64,000 nucleotides of DNA from Candidatus Kaiserbacteria bacterium RIFCSPLOWO2_01_FULL_51_21 (GCA_001781435.1 MFLV01000011.1:11268-75267); one strand, 5' to 3'; shown: positions 34,759 through 45,372, numbered from the stretch's first letter. Numbers and translations are program-made. The notes: generated by a model not told the origin, from the sequence alone.

Positions 34759-36480
34759 ATGCCCGAATTCCACGAAGACAAGCAGGAGCACAAGCTTTTT
34801 GAGCTTCGAAAAAAAGAAGAGGAAGAGCTTGCCGAAATGCTCTCCCAAAAATACGGCGTCGGGTACCTCGACCTCTCCCGCATGTCCATCAATACCGACG
34901 GTCTGCGGCTTGTCGAAGAGACGAAAGCCCGCGAGGCCGCCCTTGCGGTCTTTGGTATGATCGGCAAGAAACTCGCCGTCGCCATTCGCACTCCAAATAA
35001 TCCGAAAGTTTCGGAAATTCTTGAAGAGCTCGGAAAGCGCGGATACCAGCTGACGCTCTACATGGTCTCCGAAGCGTCTCTCAACCGAGCTTGGGAGCGC
35101 TACAAAGACCTTTCGTTCGCCGTTGAAACAAAGGCCGGCGTACTTGATATCTCCGGAGGAGAGATCGAGAAGCTTCTGGTGAAATTCAAAACGCTCAAGG
35201 ATATCGAGGCGGAGATAATGGAGGTCATTAAAATGAAAAAAGCGTATCGAATCTCGCGGATCCTCGAGACCGTACTCGCGGGCGCCTTCGCCTCAAATGC
35301 TTCCGATGTACACGTCGAGCCGGAGGAAGGCTACGTACGCCTGCGGTACCGCCTCGACGGCGTCCTCACTGACGTCCTCACCTTTGATCGCGATACCTAC
35401 ACGCTTCTTCTTGCGCGCATCAAACTGCTCTCGGGATTGAAACTCAATGTGAAGAGTGAAGCGCAGGACGGGCGCTTCAGCGTCTCCATCAATGACCGCG
35501 ACACTGAAATTCGCACCTCAATTATTCCCGGAGCATATGGCGAGTCAATCGTGCTGAGAGTGCTCAGCCCCGAGATGATCGCGCTTCCTATGGAGGAACT
35601 CGGCGTTGAAGAGCGGCTTTTTAAAATTCTTGAACACGAAATCAGAAAGCCAAACGGCATGATTCTCACGACTGGTCCAACCGGCTCGGGAAAAACCACG
35701 ACACTCTATGCTTTCATGAAACGCATCCACACCCCGCAGGTAAAAATCATTACGATTGAAGACCCGATTGAATATCACCTCCCCGGCGTCGTCCAAACAC
35801 AGGTGGAAAAAGAATATACTTTTGCGCAGGGGCTACGCAGTGCACTTCGGCAGGACCCGGATGTGATTATGGTCGGCGAGATCCGCGATACCGACGTTGC
35901 CGAAACCGCCATTAACGCTGCACTTACCGGACATTTGGTATTTTCAACGCTCCACACCAATAACGCTGCGGGTGCATTCCCAAGGCTTATCGACCTCGGA
36001 GTCAATCCGAAGATCATGAGCTCGGCAGTTTCAATCGTTCTTGCCCAACGCCTTGTCAGGAAACTATGCTTGGCGTGCCGTAAGGAGGTCATCCTTGTGG
36101 GTGATGAGAAAAAAACCGTTGAGCGGGTGCTTAGGAGCATTTACGTCAAGAGTCTAATTCCGGCTGAAGTGACAAAAATGTGGGAGCCGGTTGGATGCAA
36201 AGCCTGCTCCGGCTTGGGCTACAAAGGAAGGATCGGCGTCTTTGAAGCAATAACCATGGACCACGCGATTGAGACCTTGATCAATGAGAATCCGAGTGAG
36301 CGGGAAATCTGGAACGCGGCACGCAAACAAGGAATTCTCACGATGCAGCAGGACGGCGTACGCAAAGTGCTTGCGGGAGTTACTTCTCTTGCCGAACTTG
36401 CGCGTGTGGTTGATTTAAGCGATTTGGAAGAAGCGGGAGACTCTGTTATAACAACCGAAGAAGCACCTTCAAACCCATAA
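34759..36480 (+). CDS. pilB: GspE/PilB-family pilus assembly ATPase
   Basis: ASDVHVEP, QDGRF, TGPTGSGKTTTLY, TIEDPIE, LRQDPD, TGHLVFSTLHTN, Cys pairs. Confidence 0.93.
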   Translation: MPEFHEDKQEHKLFELRKKEEEELAEMLSQKYGVGYLDLSRMSINTDGLRLVEETKAREAALAVFGMIGKKLAVAIRTPNNPKVSEILEELGKRGYQLTLYMVSEASLNRAWERYKDLSFAVETKAGVLDISGGEIEKLLVKFKTLKDIEAEIMEVIKMKKAYRISRILETVLAGAFASNASDVHVEPEEGYVRLRYRLDGVLTDVLTFDRDTYTLLLARIKLLSGLKLNVKSEAQDGRFSVSINDRDTEIRTSIIPGAYGESIVLRVLSPEMIALPMEELGVEERLFKILEHEIRKPNGMILTTGPTGSGKTTTLYAFMKRIHTPQVKIITIEDPIEYHLPGVVQTQVEKEYTFAQGLRSALRQDPDVIMVGEIRDTDVAETAINAALTGHLVFSTLHTNNAAGAFPRLIDLGVNPKIMSSAVSIVLAQRLVRKLCLACRKEVILVGDEKKTVERVLRSIYVKSLIPAEVTKMWEPVGCKACSGLGYKGRIGVFEAITMDHAIETLINENPSEREIWNAARKQGILTMQQDGVRKVLAGVTSLAELARVVDLSDLEEAGDSVITTEEAPSNP

Positions 36481-36625
36481 ATCTCTAAGCAACACTTTTC
36501 ATGCGAGAAGCTGAGCGTCAAGTCTGGAGATAACTCCAGCACTCCCTTACGGGCGCCAGAGTGTCTCCGACAATAGCCCACATAGGTCGCGAGGACCTCA
36601 GTTGCTTAGAGATGTATGGGTTGGA
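36469..36625. other. Fold-back element with ~25-bp imperfect terminal inverted repeat and internal hairpins
   Basis: tcaaacccataaatctctaagcaac ... gttgcttagagatgtatgggttgga. Confidence 0.65.
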
Positions 36626-36686
36626 CAGAAAAAATCTGAGAAGAACCACAAAAAGCTCACAAACATGCTATCACAAAAAGAAATAT

Positions 36687-37706
36687 ATGTCAACCCCCTC
36701 CTCTGAGGCTATTGCCGAAGCAGAAGATGTTTTTCTTGACCAGGCGCTGCGTCCGTCCCGTTTCGACGAATATGTCGGACAGGAAAGCGTCAAAGAGAAC
36801 CTCCGCATACTTCTCACTGCGGCAAGGGAACGGCATCATCCTCCGGAGCATCTTCTTTTTTACGGACCACCGGGCTTAGGAAAAACCACTCTCGCCTATC
36901 TCGTTGCAAAGGAGATGGGAGTTTCAATCAAGGTAACCGCCGGACCAGTCATCGAAAAAGTCGGCGACTTGGCGGCAATTATCACGAACCTCGGCAACGG
37001 AGATATCCTGTTCATCGACGAAATTCATCGCTTGCACAAGACGGTTGAGGAGGTGCTGTATCCGGCGATGGAATCCGGACACCTCGATATCATCTTGGGT
37101 AAAGGCCCATCGGCGCGCACCATACAGCTCGAACTGCCTCCTTTCACCCTCGTCGCCGCAACAACCCGCATCGCACTGCTTTCCGCGCCGCTTCGCTCTC
37201 GCTTCGGGGGCGGAACCTTCAGACTCGACTACTATTCCAACGAGGAAATCGAAAAGATACTTCTCCGTTCGGCGAAAATTCTCGGGACGGATATTAATCG
37301 CGAAGCGCTCCGTGAGATTGCGCGACGGAGTCGCGCAACGCCGCGCACCGCAAATTTTCTCTTGAAACGCGCGCGCGACTTTGCGCAGGTGCACCGGAGA
37401 GCTCTCGACCGGGAAGCCGTCATGGAGGCGCTCAAACTTCTCGGCATCGATGAACTCGGCCTCTCTTCTGCCGACCGTGCCATTCTTAGGGTGATTATTG
37501 AAAAATTTGGAGGAGGTCCCACCGGTCTCAACACGCTCGCCGCGGCAACCTCAGAAGAAGAAGCAACGATTGAGGAAGTGTACGAGCCGTATCTTATACA
37601 GCTTGGGCTCTTAGAGCGTACTCCCCGGGGCCGCACCGCGACCGTGAGGGCCTACGAGCACATCGGCGCACAAGCGCCAAAAACGCCGCAGGAGAAACTT
37701 CTATGA
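36687..37706 (+). CDS. ruvB: Holliday junction DNA helicase RuvB
   Basis: LRP..F.EYVGQ, GPPGLGKTT, FIDEIHR, ATPR, EPYL, RTPRGR. Confidence 0.98.
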   Translation: MSTPSSEAIAEAEDVFLDQALRPSRFDEYVGQESVKENLRILLTAARERHHPPEHLLFYGPPGLGKTTLAYLVAKEMGVSIKVTAGPVIEKVGDLAAIITNLGNGDILFIDEIHRLHKTVEEVLYPAMESGHLDIILGKGPSARTIQLELPPFTLVAATTRIALLSAPLRSRFGGGTFRLDYYSNEEIEKILLRSAKILGTDINREALREIARRSRATPRTANFLLKRARDFAQVHRRALDREAVMEALKLLGIDELGLSSADRAILRVIIEKFGGGPTGLNTLAAATSEEEATIEEVYEPYLIQLGLLERTPRGRTATVRAYEHIGAQAPKTPQEKLL

Positions 37707-38236
37707 AAATCAATGTCGGCTCAAAAAACGAAGTGAAAGTCGAGGCCGTTCGGGAAATTCTTCAAGACTATCCGCACCTAGCGCTGGCGCAGGTTGAGGG
37801 ATTTGAGGCTGATTCAAAGGTATCAGCACAGCCGAGGTCGCTTGAAGAAACAATACAAGGAGCAATGGCCCGGGCACAAAATGTTTTCGTCAATTGCGAC
37901 TATGCGATTGGGCTCGAATCTGGCCTCATGCATGTTCCAAACAGCAAGAGCGGGTACATGGATGTGTGCGTGTGCTCTATTTATGATGGCAAAGAATTCC
38001 ATCTTGGGCTTTCCTCCGCATGGGAATTTCCCGATCCAGGAATCGTACGCCTCATGACTGAGGAGGGACTTGATATGTCTCAAGCAGTTGTCAAAGCTGG
38101 ACTCACAAAAAATACGAATATCGGAGCAGAAAACGGAGCAATCGGGATTATGACAAAAGGCAGGGTGGACAGGAAAGAATATACGAAACAGGCTCTTCGC
38201 ACCGCTCTCATTCATCTGGAAGAGTTTGATTGTTAA
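37703..38236 (+). CDS. yjjX: Non-canonical purine NTPase (YjjX family)
   Basis: VGSKN.VK, QP, GAMARA, GLESG, GAIG..T.G..DR. Confidence 0.88.
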   Translation: MKINVGSKNEVKVEAVREILQDYPHLALAQVEGFEADSKVSAQPRSLEETIQGAMARAQNVFVNCDYAIGLESGLMHVPNSKSGYMDVCVCSIYDGKEFHLGLSSAWEFPDPGIVRLMTEEGLDMSQAVVKAGLTKNTNIGAENGAIGIMTKGRVDRKEYTKQALRTALIHLEEFDC

Positions 38237-38252
38237 TTTTCGTTGCAGAATA

Positions 38253-38621
38253 ATGATTCAATTCATACTTAATAGTCCTTATACTCTTGTGGGCTTAATT
38301 GTTGGAATAATTTCGCTACCAAAAAAGGTAAAGGCTGTGGAATCCCCGCGTGCGATAGTCTTGGAAGTAAAAAGCTTCTGGTGGACTTTCGGTTACTTCA
38401 AAAACGCGCGAGCCGTAACTATTGGCCATTGCGTCCTCCTATCACTCACCATAAGGCCAAGGGACTTGGAGCACGAACTTATTCATGTCTTGCAATTCGC
38501 GCGAGCACCAATAATTTATCCAGCATTGTATTATGTTGAACTCATACGCAAAGGATATAAAAACAATAAATACGAAGAAGAAGCGCATCGAATTGCCGGT
38601 AATGTATACAAGGAGAAATGA
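38253..38621 (+). CDS. Small HExxH zinc-metallopeptidase-like protein
   Basis: AVTIGH, HELIHVLQ, Y..N.YEEEA; AT-rich. Confidence 0.7.
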   Translation: MIQFILNSPYTLVGLIVGIISLPKKVKAVESPRAIVLEVKSFWWTFGYFKNARAVTIGHCVLLSLTIRPRDLEHELIHVLQFARAPIIYPALYYVELIRKGYKNNKYEEEAHRIAGNVYKEK

Positions 38622-38660
38622 TTCGGCTAATTCATGCTTCCTGATTCATAATTCATTCCT

Positions 38661-39191
38661 ATGGCAGGACACAGTAAATGGGCGCAAATTAAACGAAAAA
38701 AAGAAGCAACTGACGCAAAAAAGAGCCAGATATTTTCTAAATTTGCAAAATTAATCGCCTCTGAATCAAAGAAAGCAAAGGGGGACCGTTCGGCTCCGGG
38801 GCTCCGTCTCGCAATTATGCGCGCGAAAGTGGTAAATATGCCAAACGACAACATTGACCGCGCCATTGAGAAAGGCAAAGGAGACGGAGGCACCGCAATG
38901 GACGAAGTGCTCTATGAAGCATATGGTCCTGGCGGCGTTGCCGTCCTTATTGTCGGCCTTACCGACAATCGAAATCGCACGGCGCAGGAGATAAAACACC
39001 TGCTTTCAAAAAATAATCTTTCACTTGCGGCACCAGGCGCAGCTTCGTGGGCTTTTACAAAAACTGCCGAGGGATACACGCCGCAAACCACGCTCGATCT
39101 GTCAGACACGGACCTCGCCGCGCTTGAAACAATGGTAACCGCCCTTGAAGAGCATGACGATGTCCAAGAAGTATTCACCAATGCCGCATAA
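38661..39191 (+). CDS. yebC: YebC/PmpR-family protein (short form)
   Basis: MAGHSKWAQIKRKK, NMPNDNI, YEAYGPGG, TDNRNRT, DDVQEVFTN. Confidence 0.95.
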   Translation: MAGHSKWAQIKRKKEATDAKKSQIFSKFAKLIASESKKAKGDRSAPGLRLAIMRAKVVNMPNDNIDRAIEKGKGDGGTAMDEVLYEAYGPGGVAVLIVGLTDNRNRTAQEIKHLLSKNNLSLAAPGAASWAFTKTAEGYTPQTTLDLSDTDLAALETMVTALEEHDDVQEVFTNAA

Positions 39192-39726
39192 AAACAAACA
39201 ACCGGCAACGGAGAGAGCGCGCCGAAGTCGTTTGATATATCAAACGACTCGGGTTTTAGCGATTGATCCGGGATTTGGCCGCTGCGGTGTTGCGATCCTA
39301 AATCGAGAAAATAATACTGACACCCTAGTATATTCGTCGTGTGTTGTTACCAGATCTTCAGACTCCTTCCCTGCCCGGCTCAAGACGGTTACCGATGCGG
39401 TAACCGAACTCGCTGATCGTTTCTCTCCCTCCCTCATTGCCCTTGAGCGCCTCTATCTTTCGACAAACCAGAAAACCGCTATGCAGGTGGCTGAGGTTCG
39501 CGGCGCGCTTATTTCGCTTGCCGTTAATCGCGGTATTCCTATGGTTGAATACACGCCGCTCCAAGTCAAAATTGCGATCACTGGCTATGGGAAAAGTGGC
39601 AAGCGTGAAGTGGCGCGCATGATTTCTCTACTGGTATCTCTCCCTCCTAAAAAAGGACGCCTCGACGATGAATACGACGCCATCGCCATCGCGCTGACCG
39701 CCCTTGCCTCCTATCGACTCAAGTGA
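39181..39726 (+). CDS. ruvC: Holliday junction resolvase RuvC
   Basis: LAIDPG, ALE, VAEVRG, EYTP.QVK, DDEYDAIAIA. Confidence 0.95.
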   Translation: MPHKNKQPATERARRSRLIYQTTRVLAIDPGFGRCGVAILNRENNTDTLVYSSCVVTRSSDSFPARLKTVTDAVTELADRFSPSLIALERLYLSTNQKTAMQVAEVRGALISLAVNRGIPMVEYTPLQVKIAITGYGKSGKREVARMISLLVSLPPKKGRLDDEYDAIAIALTALASYRLK

Positions 39727-39818
39727 ACTATCCACAGGCACACGCTTTCCATATTGCAAAAAAAACTTGTTCTGCTACAACTATGACATTAATTCCATTA
39801 ATTAATTTCCGCGATCGT

Positions 39819-39962
39819 ATGCCGTACTTTGAAGAAGAAAAATTCGGTCTTGTAGACGAGGAAGAGGAGGAAGTAGGGGGAGTTGATTTTGGGGAGAAAG
39901 AGGAGGAAGAGGAGAGTGTGGAAGAAGAGGAAGAGGAGGAGTCAGACTCTGAGGAGGTGTAA
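39819..39962 (+). CDS. Very acidic 47-aa protein
   Basis: MPYFEEEKFGLVDEEEEE...; own promoter-like signal and terminator. Confidence 0.55.
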   Translation: MPYFEEEKFGLVDEEEEEVGGVDFGEKEEEEESVEEEEEEESDSEEV

Positions 39963-40004
39963 TAGCAAAACACTCCCGACATTACGTCGGGAGTGTTTTG
40001 CTAT
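39962..40004. terminator. Bidirectional hairpin terminator
   Basis: atagcaaaacactcccgac-attac-gtcgggagtgttttgctat. Confidence 0.85.
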
Positions 40005-41215
40005 TAAGTTACGTCAATGCGAAGAAAACGGTGTTTGCCGACGCGAACCGTCATAGGACTCTGTATCATATACGACACATCCAAAATTTTACCTTTCCCT
40101 ACCTCTTCGATGGCTCCGCTTATAATTAATCGGCGCAGTTGAGTGCGTGATTCGCTTATATTGCGGGTAAGCGCTTCAATGAGCGAAGTCCCCTTCGAAA
40201 CCTCAATCTTTGAAACGGAATCGGGGATCGCTCCTTCACGGAAAGTCTTTTCAAAAGACCTTTTAGCCTTCTCCACTTCCGCGGCAGTATAAAAATACAT
40301 ACTAATTTTCTCTGCAAGCCGAGCTTTTGCGTCACGCGGATTAAGCGACCCTGCTTCCATCCCCGTTTTCATTGACTCAATATCAGCGCGAGGCACTTTT
40401 GTGAGAAGCTCGAACGCCGGCAGAATTTGTGTGTCCGACCAACTCATAACTTTGCCGAACATATCAGAGGAAGAGTCGCCAAAGGTAAGCATGTTTCCTT
40501 CCGTTTTCCCCATTTTCTTTCCCGATGGGTCAATGAGAAGCTTCACCGCAAGTACGAATTTTTCCTTGTTCTTGAGCTGCTTCATAAGAGTGCGCCCCGC
40601 AAGCATATTGAAGGTTTGGTCATTCCCGCCGATTTCCCCATCGACATTCATCGCTGCCGAATCGTAGCCTTGCAGCAGTGGGTACAGAAACTCGTGCAGA
40701 TAAATCGGTTTCTGTTCTTTTTGGCGTACCTGGAACATATCCCGTTCCATGAGCTGTTGTACCGTAAAGTGTGCCGCGAGGTTAAGCACTGCCTCAAAAT
40801 TTAATTTTGAAAGCCACGCGGAGTTATGCAGCAGTTTCGCAGGACTTTTGCCGGAAAAAGAAAGAAAGGCGCTCGCTTGTTTTTTATATCGCTTTGCGTT
40901 TGCGAGAACTTGTTTGCGCGTGAGACGCTGCCTCGCCGCTGTCTTGTCAGTTGGGTCGCCAACCATCCCGGTAAAATCACCGATAAGAAGAATGACCTCG
41001 TGCCCAAATGCCTGCAGTGTCTGGAGTTTCAGAAGCGCCACGATGTGGCCAAGGTGGAGCGTTGGTCCGGTCGGGTCAATACCGAAATAAATACGCACAC
41101 GCTCTCCTCTCGCAAGCTTGTCCCGTAAAAAGTCTTCAGACGGGTAGATGCGCTCGATGCCCCGCGTCAAAAATTCTTGCAGCTCTGCGGCATCCATGGA
41201 TCGGGCCTTTGCCAT
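40004..41215 (-). CDS. tyrS: Tyrosyl-tRNA synthetase
   Basis: YFGIDPT...LHLGH, YPLLQGYD, GGNDQ, KMGKT, S4-like tail. Confidence 0.97.
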   Translation of the reverse strand: MAKARSMDAAELQEFLTRGIERIYPSEDFLRDKLARGERVRIYFGIDPTGPTLHLGHIVALLKLQTLQAFGHEVILLIGDFTGMVGDPTDKTAARQRLTRKQVLANAKRYKKQASAFLSFSGKSPAKLLHNSAWLSKLNFEAVLNLAAHFTVQQLMERDMFQVRQKEQKPIYLHEFLYPLLQGYDSAAMNVDGEIGGNDQTFNMLAGRTLMKQLKNKEKFVLAVKLLIDPSGKKMGKTEGNMLTFGDSSSDMFGKVMSWSDTQILPAFELLTKVPRADIESMKTGMEAGSLNPRDAKARLAEKISMYFYTAAEVEKAKRSFEKTFREGAIPDSVSKIEVSKGTSLIEALTRNISESRTQLRRLIISGAIEEVGKGKILDVSYMIQSPMTVRVGKHRFLRIDVT

Positions 41216-41412
41216 AGCTCCTACTGTATCATGAGTGCCTGCTCCGTTAGAAGCCACAAATGCGGTGATTTCTATTCTTAAAAAACCACAATTGTCGTCG
41301 AAAGAGTTATGATATAGGATACTGCTTCGTGTCCCGCGGCTCATCGAGTCTGAAGACTCATCAGAGCCTGAACGACCTCCTTTCTCGCGGAGTGCGCAGT
41401 ATCAGAAAATCG

Positions 41413-43905
41413 ATGTTTAGAAATTCTAAAGACCAAAACAAAAGACGGCATCGCCTCGTTCTTTTAATAAGTGTTGCCCTGCTTATCTTAGGTTCCCTAG
41501 CGCTTTGGGCTGCGAGCCTGCGTGTGCCTGACCTTGCCTCATTTGAGGAGCGTAAGGTTGAGCAGTCAACAAAAATCTACGACCGAACGGGCAACGTTCT
41601 CCTCTACGACCTCCACAAAAACGCCGAGCGCACCGTGATTCCCTACGAGGAAATGCCTCGGTATATCAAAAACGCGACTGTTGCAATCGAGGACGAGGAC
41701 TTCTATCAGCACCGCGGCATTAAAATCTCTTCCGTTCTCCGCGCGGTCCTTGCAAACCTCACCTCTCTCGGTTTTGCCCAAGGAGGTTCGACGATTACCC
41801 AGCAAGTGGTAAAAAACTCCCTTCTCACGAACGAAAAAACAATCACCCGCAAACTCAAAGAGTGGATCCTCGCGCTTAAGCTTGAACGCCTTCTGAGTAA
41901 GGAGGAAATTTTGGAGCTCTATCTCAACGAAACTCCTTACGGGGGAAGCCTGTATGGCGTTGAGGCGGCGACTGAGTCCTATTTCGGCAAGGGGGCGGCA
42001 GAACTTACTCTTGCTGAATCTGCGTACCTTGCCGCTCTTCCTCAGGCGCCGACCTACTATTCACCCTATGGGTCGCATCGCGACAAATTAGAAGAGCGAA
42101 GGGAGCTCGTGCTTAAGCAAATGCTTAAAAACGGGTTCGTCACTGATGCAGAGTACAAGGCCGCTCTTACTGAAAAAGTTGACTTCAAGCTGCCTGAGAG
42201 CGGCAGCATTAAGGCGCCGCATTTTGTGTTCTATGTCCGAGAATACCTTGAGCAAAAGTACGGTGGGGAAGCTCTTGAAAACCGCGGGCTTAAAGTGATC
42301 ACCACTCTCGATTACGAGCTTCAGCGCGAGGCTGAGGAAATCATCGCCAAGGGAGTAGCAAGCAACGAAAAAAATTTCAACGCGTCAAACGCCGGCATGG
42401 TCGCAATTGACCCGACGACGGGACAGATTCTTGTCATGGTGGGCTCCCGCAACTATTTTGACCCGGGTATCGACGGCAACTTTAATGTAACGCTCGCAAA
42501 ACGCCAGCCGGGTTCTTCGTTCAAACCTTTCGTGTATGCTGAGGCGCTCATGAAGGGCTACACCCCGGATACAATTGTATTCGATCTTAAAACCCAATTT
42601 TCAACCGCATGCCGTCCGGACGATTTTTCCAAAGAACCGCCCTGTTTTTCTCCCAACAACTACGACGAAAAATTCCGCGGTCCCGTCACTTTCCGTGAAG
42701 CGCTTGCGCAGTCGCTTAACGTGCCTTCAGTCCAGGTACTCTATCTCGCCGGGATTACCGATTCGCTCCGGCTTGCAAAAAATCTCGGCATTACCACCCT
42801 CACTGACGAGGGCCGGTATGGCCTCACGCTCGTGCTCGGCGGCGGTGAAGTCAGGCTTCTTGACATGACCGGCTCCTACGCCGTATTTGCTAACGACGGG
42901 GTGCGCAACACCCCGACCGGCATTCTCAAAGTTGAGGACGGGAGCGGAGCGCCCCTAGAAGAGTATCGGTCAAGTGCTGCTCAAGTGCTTGACCCGCAGA
43001 TCGCCCGGCAGATAAACGACATCCTCTCCGACAACGTCGCTCGGACTCCCGAATTTGGCGAGGACTCCGCACTCTATTTTCCCGGCTACGAGGTCGCGGA
43101 CAAAACAGGAACAACAAACGACTCTCGAGATGCGTGGGTAATTGGCTACACTCCTTCGATTGCTGTCGGGGCTTGGGCGGGCAATAACGACAACAGCCCT
43201 ATGGTAAAAAAAATCGCCGGATTTATTGTGGCTCCCCTGTGGCATGAGTTTATGATAAAGGCGCTCGAAAAATTTCCGAACGAGACTTTTAAAAAACCGG
43301 AATCTGAAGATACTGAAAACCTCAAACCGATTTTAAAAGGCCTGTGGCAAGGAGGAGAACAATACATTATTGACAGTATCTCCGGAAAGCTCGCCACCCC
43401 CGATACGCCACCCGAACTCCGCAAAACAAAAGTAATCACCGACGTGCACTCGACCCTTTACTGGGTTGACAAAGACAATCCAAGGGGCCCGAAGCCGGAA
43501 ACCCCCGAGGCAGATCCTCAATTCCCGTACTGGGAATACCCCGTAGCGCTTTGGAAGCAGTCGAGAGGCATCGTAAGCGGCGGGACTAAGCCGACTGACT
43601 ATGACAATATCCACGGACCGGCCCTTGCGCCGCACGTCCAGATAACAAGCCCCTCCTCAAACGCGACTCTTGCGATGGGCGGGAGGGTTACGGCACAAAT
43701 CACAAGCCAGGGAGCATACCCACTTTCCAAAGTCGACTTCTTTGTAAACGGCACGTTTCTCGGCTCGGCGAACCGTGCCCCGTTCTCTTTCTCATTCGTT
43801 CCCGCCGAACTTAGTTCAGTGAGGGACGAGAACACCCTGCGGGTCGTTGCGTACGACTCGGTTTTAAACAACGGAAGTGATATGGTGAACTTTTATCTCC
43901 GCTGA
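41413..43905 (+). CDS. Class A penicillin-binding protein with C-terminal Ig-like domain
   Basis: EDEDFYQH, GGSTITQQ, RKLKE, RQPGSSFK, SLN, KTGT. Confidence 0.95.
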   Translation: MFRNSKDQNKRRHRLVLLISVALLILGSLALWAASLRVPDLASFEERKVEQSTKIYDRTGNVLLYDLHKNAERTVIPYEEMPRYIKNATVAIEDEDFYQHRGIKISSVLRAVLANLTSLGFAQGGSTITQQVVKNSLLTNEKTITRKLKEWILALKLERLLSKEEILELYLNETPYGGSLYGVEAATESYFGKGAAELTLAESAYLAALPQAPTYYSPYGSHRDKLEERRELVLKQMLKNGFVTDAEYKAALTEKVDFKLPESGSIKAPHFVFYVREYLEQKYGGEALENRGLKVITTLDYELQREAEEIIAKGVASNEKNFNASNAGMVAIDPTTGQILVMVGSRNYFDPGIDGNFNVTLAKRQPGSSFKPFVYAEALMKGYTPDTIVFDLKTQFSTACRPDDFSKEPPCFSPNNYDEKFRGPVTFREALAQSLNVPSVQVLYLAGITDSLRLAKNLGITTLTDEGRYGLTLVLGGGEVRLLDMTGSYAVFANDGVRNTPTGILKVEDGSGAPLEEYRSSAAQVLDPQIARQINDILSDNVARTPEFGEDSALYFPGYEVADKTGTTNDSRDAWVIGYTPSIAVGAWAGNNDNSPMVKKIAGFIVAPLWHEFMIKALEKFPNETFKKPESEDTENLKPILKGLWQGGEQYIIDSISGKLATPDTPPELRKTKVITDVHSTLYWVDKDNPRGPKPETPEADPQFPYWEYPVALWKQSRGIVSGGTKPTDYDNIHGPALAPHVQITSPSSNATLAMGGRVTAQITSQGAYPLSKVDFFVNGTFLGSANRAPFSFSFVPAELSSVRDENTLRVVAYDSVLNNGSDMVNFYLR

Positions 43906-43907
43906 GA

Positions 43908-44162
43908 TTAGCGTAAATCTTTCACGGTGCCGGGAAGCTCCTCATGAAGCCGCTTGAGAATCGACTCTTTTTTAAGAAGAATTTCTCCGCGCACGAGCGG
44001 CGGGACGGCAAGATACACGGTGCCTCTTTGGTAACGAAGTGCCTCGTTTGAAGTGGGGAATCCAGTCACCGCAGTAATATGCGCCGCTACCCGCTCTCGA
44101 ACGTGGCGTGTGGAAGAGAGAGAGGAAAAGCGTCCAAGGAGTGTTTTAATGTGCTGAAGCAT
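43908..44162 (-). CDS. Small DciA/DUF721-like protein
   Basis: 84 aa downstream of dnaN; H I..LL start and E..LKK..IL..L...VKDLR end. Confidence 0.55.
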   Translation of the reverse strand: MLQHIKTLLGRFSSLSSTRHVRERVAAHITAVTGFPTSNEALRYQRGTVYLAVPPLVRGEILLKKESILKRLHEELPGTVKDLR

Positions 44163-44280
44163 ACTTTGTTACCACAACGTAGCGTGAGCGAGGTAATTTT
44201 GCAGCACCGCGAATATTTTTCGCGAACATGGTTTTTTCAGCTTTTTCATAATGCAAATCTTGTAAAAATTATAGGGGGCA

Positions 44281-45372
44281 TTACCGGTTCATTGGCATGA
44301 CGAGGTAGAGAAAGGAGGTGTCTGAAACGTCCCGAATCACCATCGGCTTTCCCGAACCGTTAAAGGTAAGAGAGACGCTGTCTCCGGTAATTGCCTGGAA
44401 ACAATCGGTGAGATATTTGAGATTGAAGTTAATCGTGACGTCCTCGCCCATGATTGCCGCAGTAACCGTGTCGGTTGTTTCCCCGATATCGCTTTTCGCT
44501 GAAATGATGAACTGTTTCTTTTTAGGGTAAACCGTGATGCCAACTTGGTTGAATTTACCTGAAAACACCATCGCCTTCTTAAAGATGAGAAGGAGGTCTT
44601 GTTTCAAGAGTACCACTTCAGTCGCTTTCTCCTTCGGGATAATCTGGCGGTAGTCGGGAAAGGTTCCTTCCACGGTTCGTGAGGTAAGGTACAGGTCGTT
44701 GAAAATAAAGGAGATTTGATGTTCACCGACACGGACCGTCATGTCCCCTCTCGTGCGCTCAAGAACTCGAAGCACCTCCGGCACCGCCCGCACAGGAAGG
44801 AGAAAAGGCTTAAATTCATACGGTTGTTTTGTCGGGATTATTCTTTCAGCGAGACGGAATGAATCAGTGGCAACAAAAACTAACTTATTTCCCTCGGGGT
44901 ATACGTATACACTCCCAAGTTCAGGCTTTACGGTTGATAACGATGCACTGTACCACACTGATTTTATTCCCTTTAGAAAATCTCCTTCATTGAAACGGAG
45001 TGGTTTAGTGGTAATGGTAGGGAGGGTCGGAAAGTCGTCGGGTGAAACGGTGGTAATGAGTGTTTCACTTGTCGGTGTTTTGAGAGAGAAAGTGTTACCT
45101 TTTACTTCCAAAGAAACCGAGGTGTTGTAGGTATTGATGAGTGTGTTAAGAAGAATTTCAGCCGGAACCGCAACAATTCCCTCAGAAGTTGCTTTTACTG
45201 GTATTGTTGCTTCGATGCCAAGCTCAAGATTTGTTGAGCGTATAACAAGAGAGTTGTTTTTAACTGAAAGCAGAAGATAGTTGAGGATGGGAAGTGTTGG
45301 ATGACGTTTAGCAATCCGTTCAGTGATTGAAACAGCCTCAGTAAGTTGTTCACGTACACATTCAAGCTTCAT
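44281..45372 (-). CDS. dnaN: DNA polymerase III beta clamp
   Basis: PIL, STNLE, ATDSFRLA, G.FPDY, YLVMPM. Confidence 0.97.
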   Translation of the reverse strand: MKLECVREQLTEAVSITERIAKRHPTLPILNYLLLSVKNNSLVIRSTNLELGIEATIPVKATSEGIVAVPAEILLNTLINTYNTSVSLEVKGNTFSLKTPTSETLITTVSPDDFPTLPTITTKPLRFNEGDFLKGIKSVWYSASLSTVKPELGSVYVYPEGNKLVFVATDSFRLAERIIPTKQPYEFKPFLLPVRAVPEVLRVLERTRGDMTVRVGEHQISFIFNDLYLTSRTVEGTFPDYRQIIPKEKATEVVLLKQDLLLIFKKAMVFSGKFNQVGITVYPKKKQFIISAKSDIGETTDTVTAAIMGEDVTINFNLKYLTDCFQAITGDSVSLTFNGSGKPMVIRDVSDTSFLYLVMPMNR

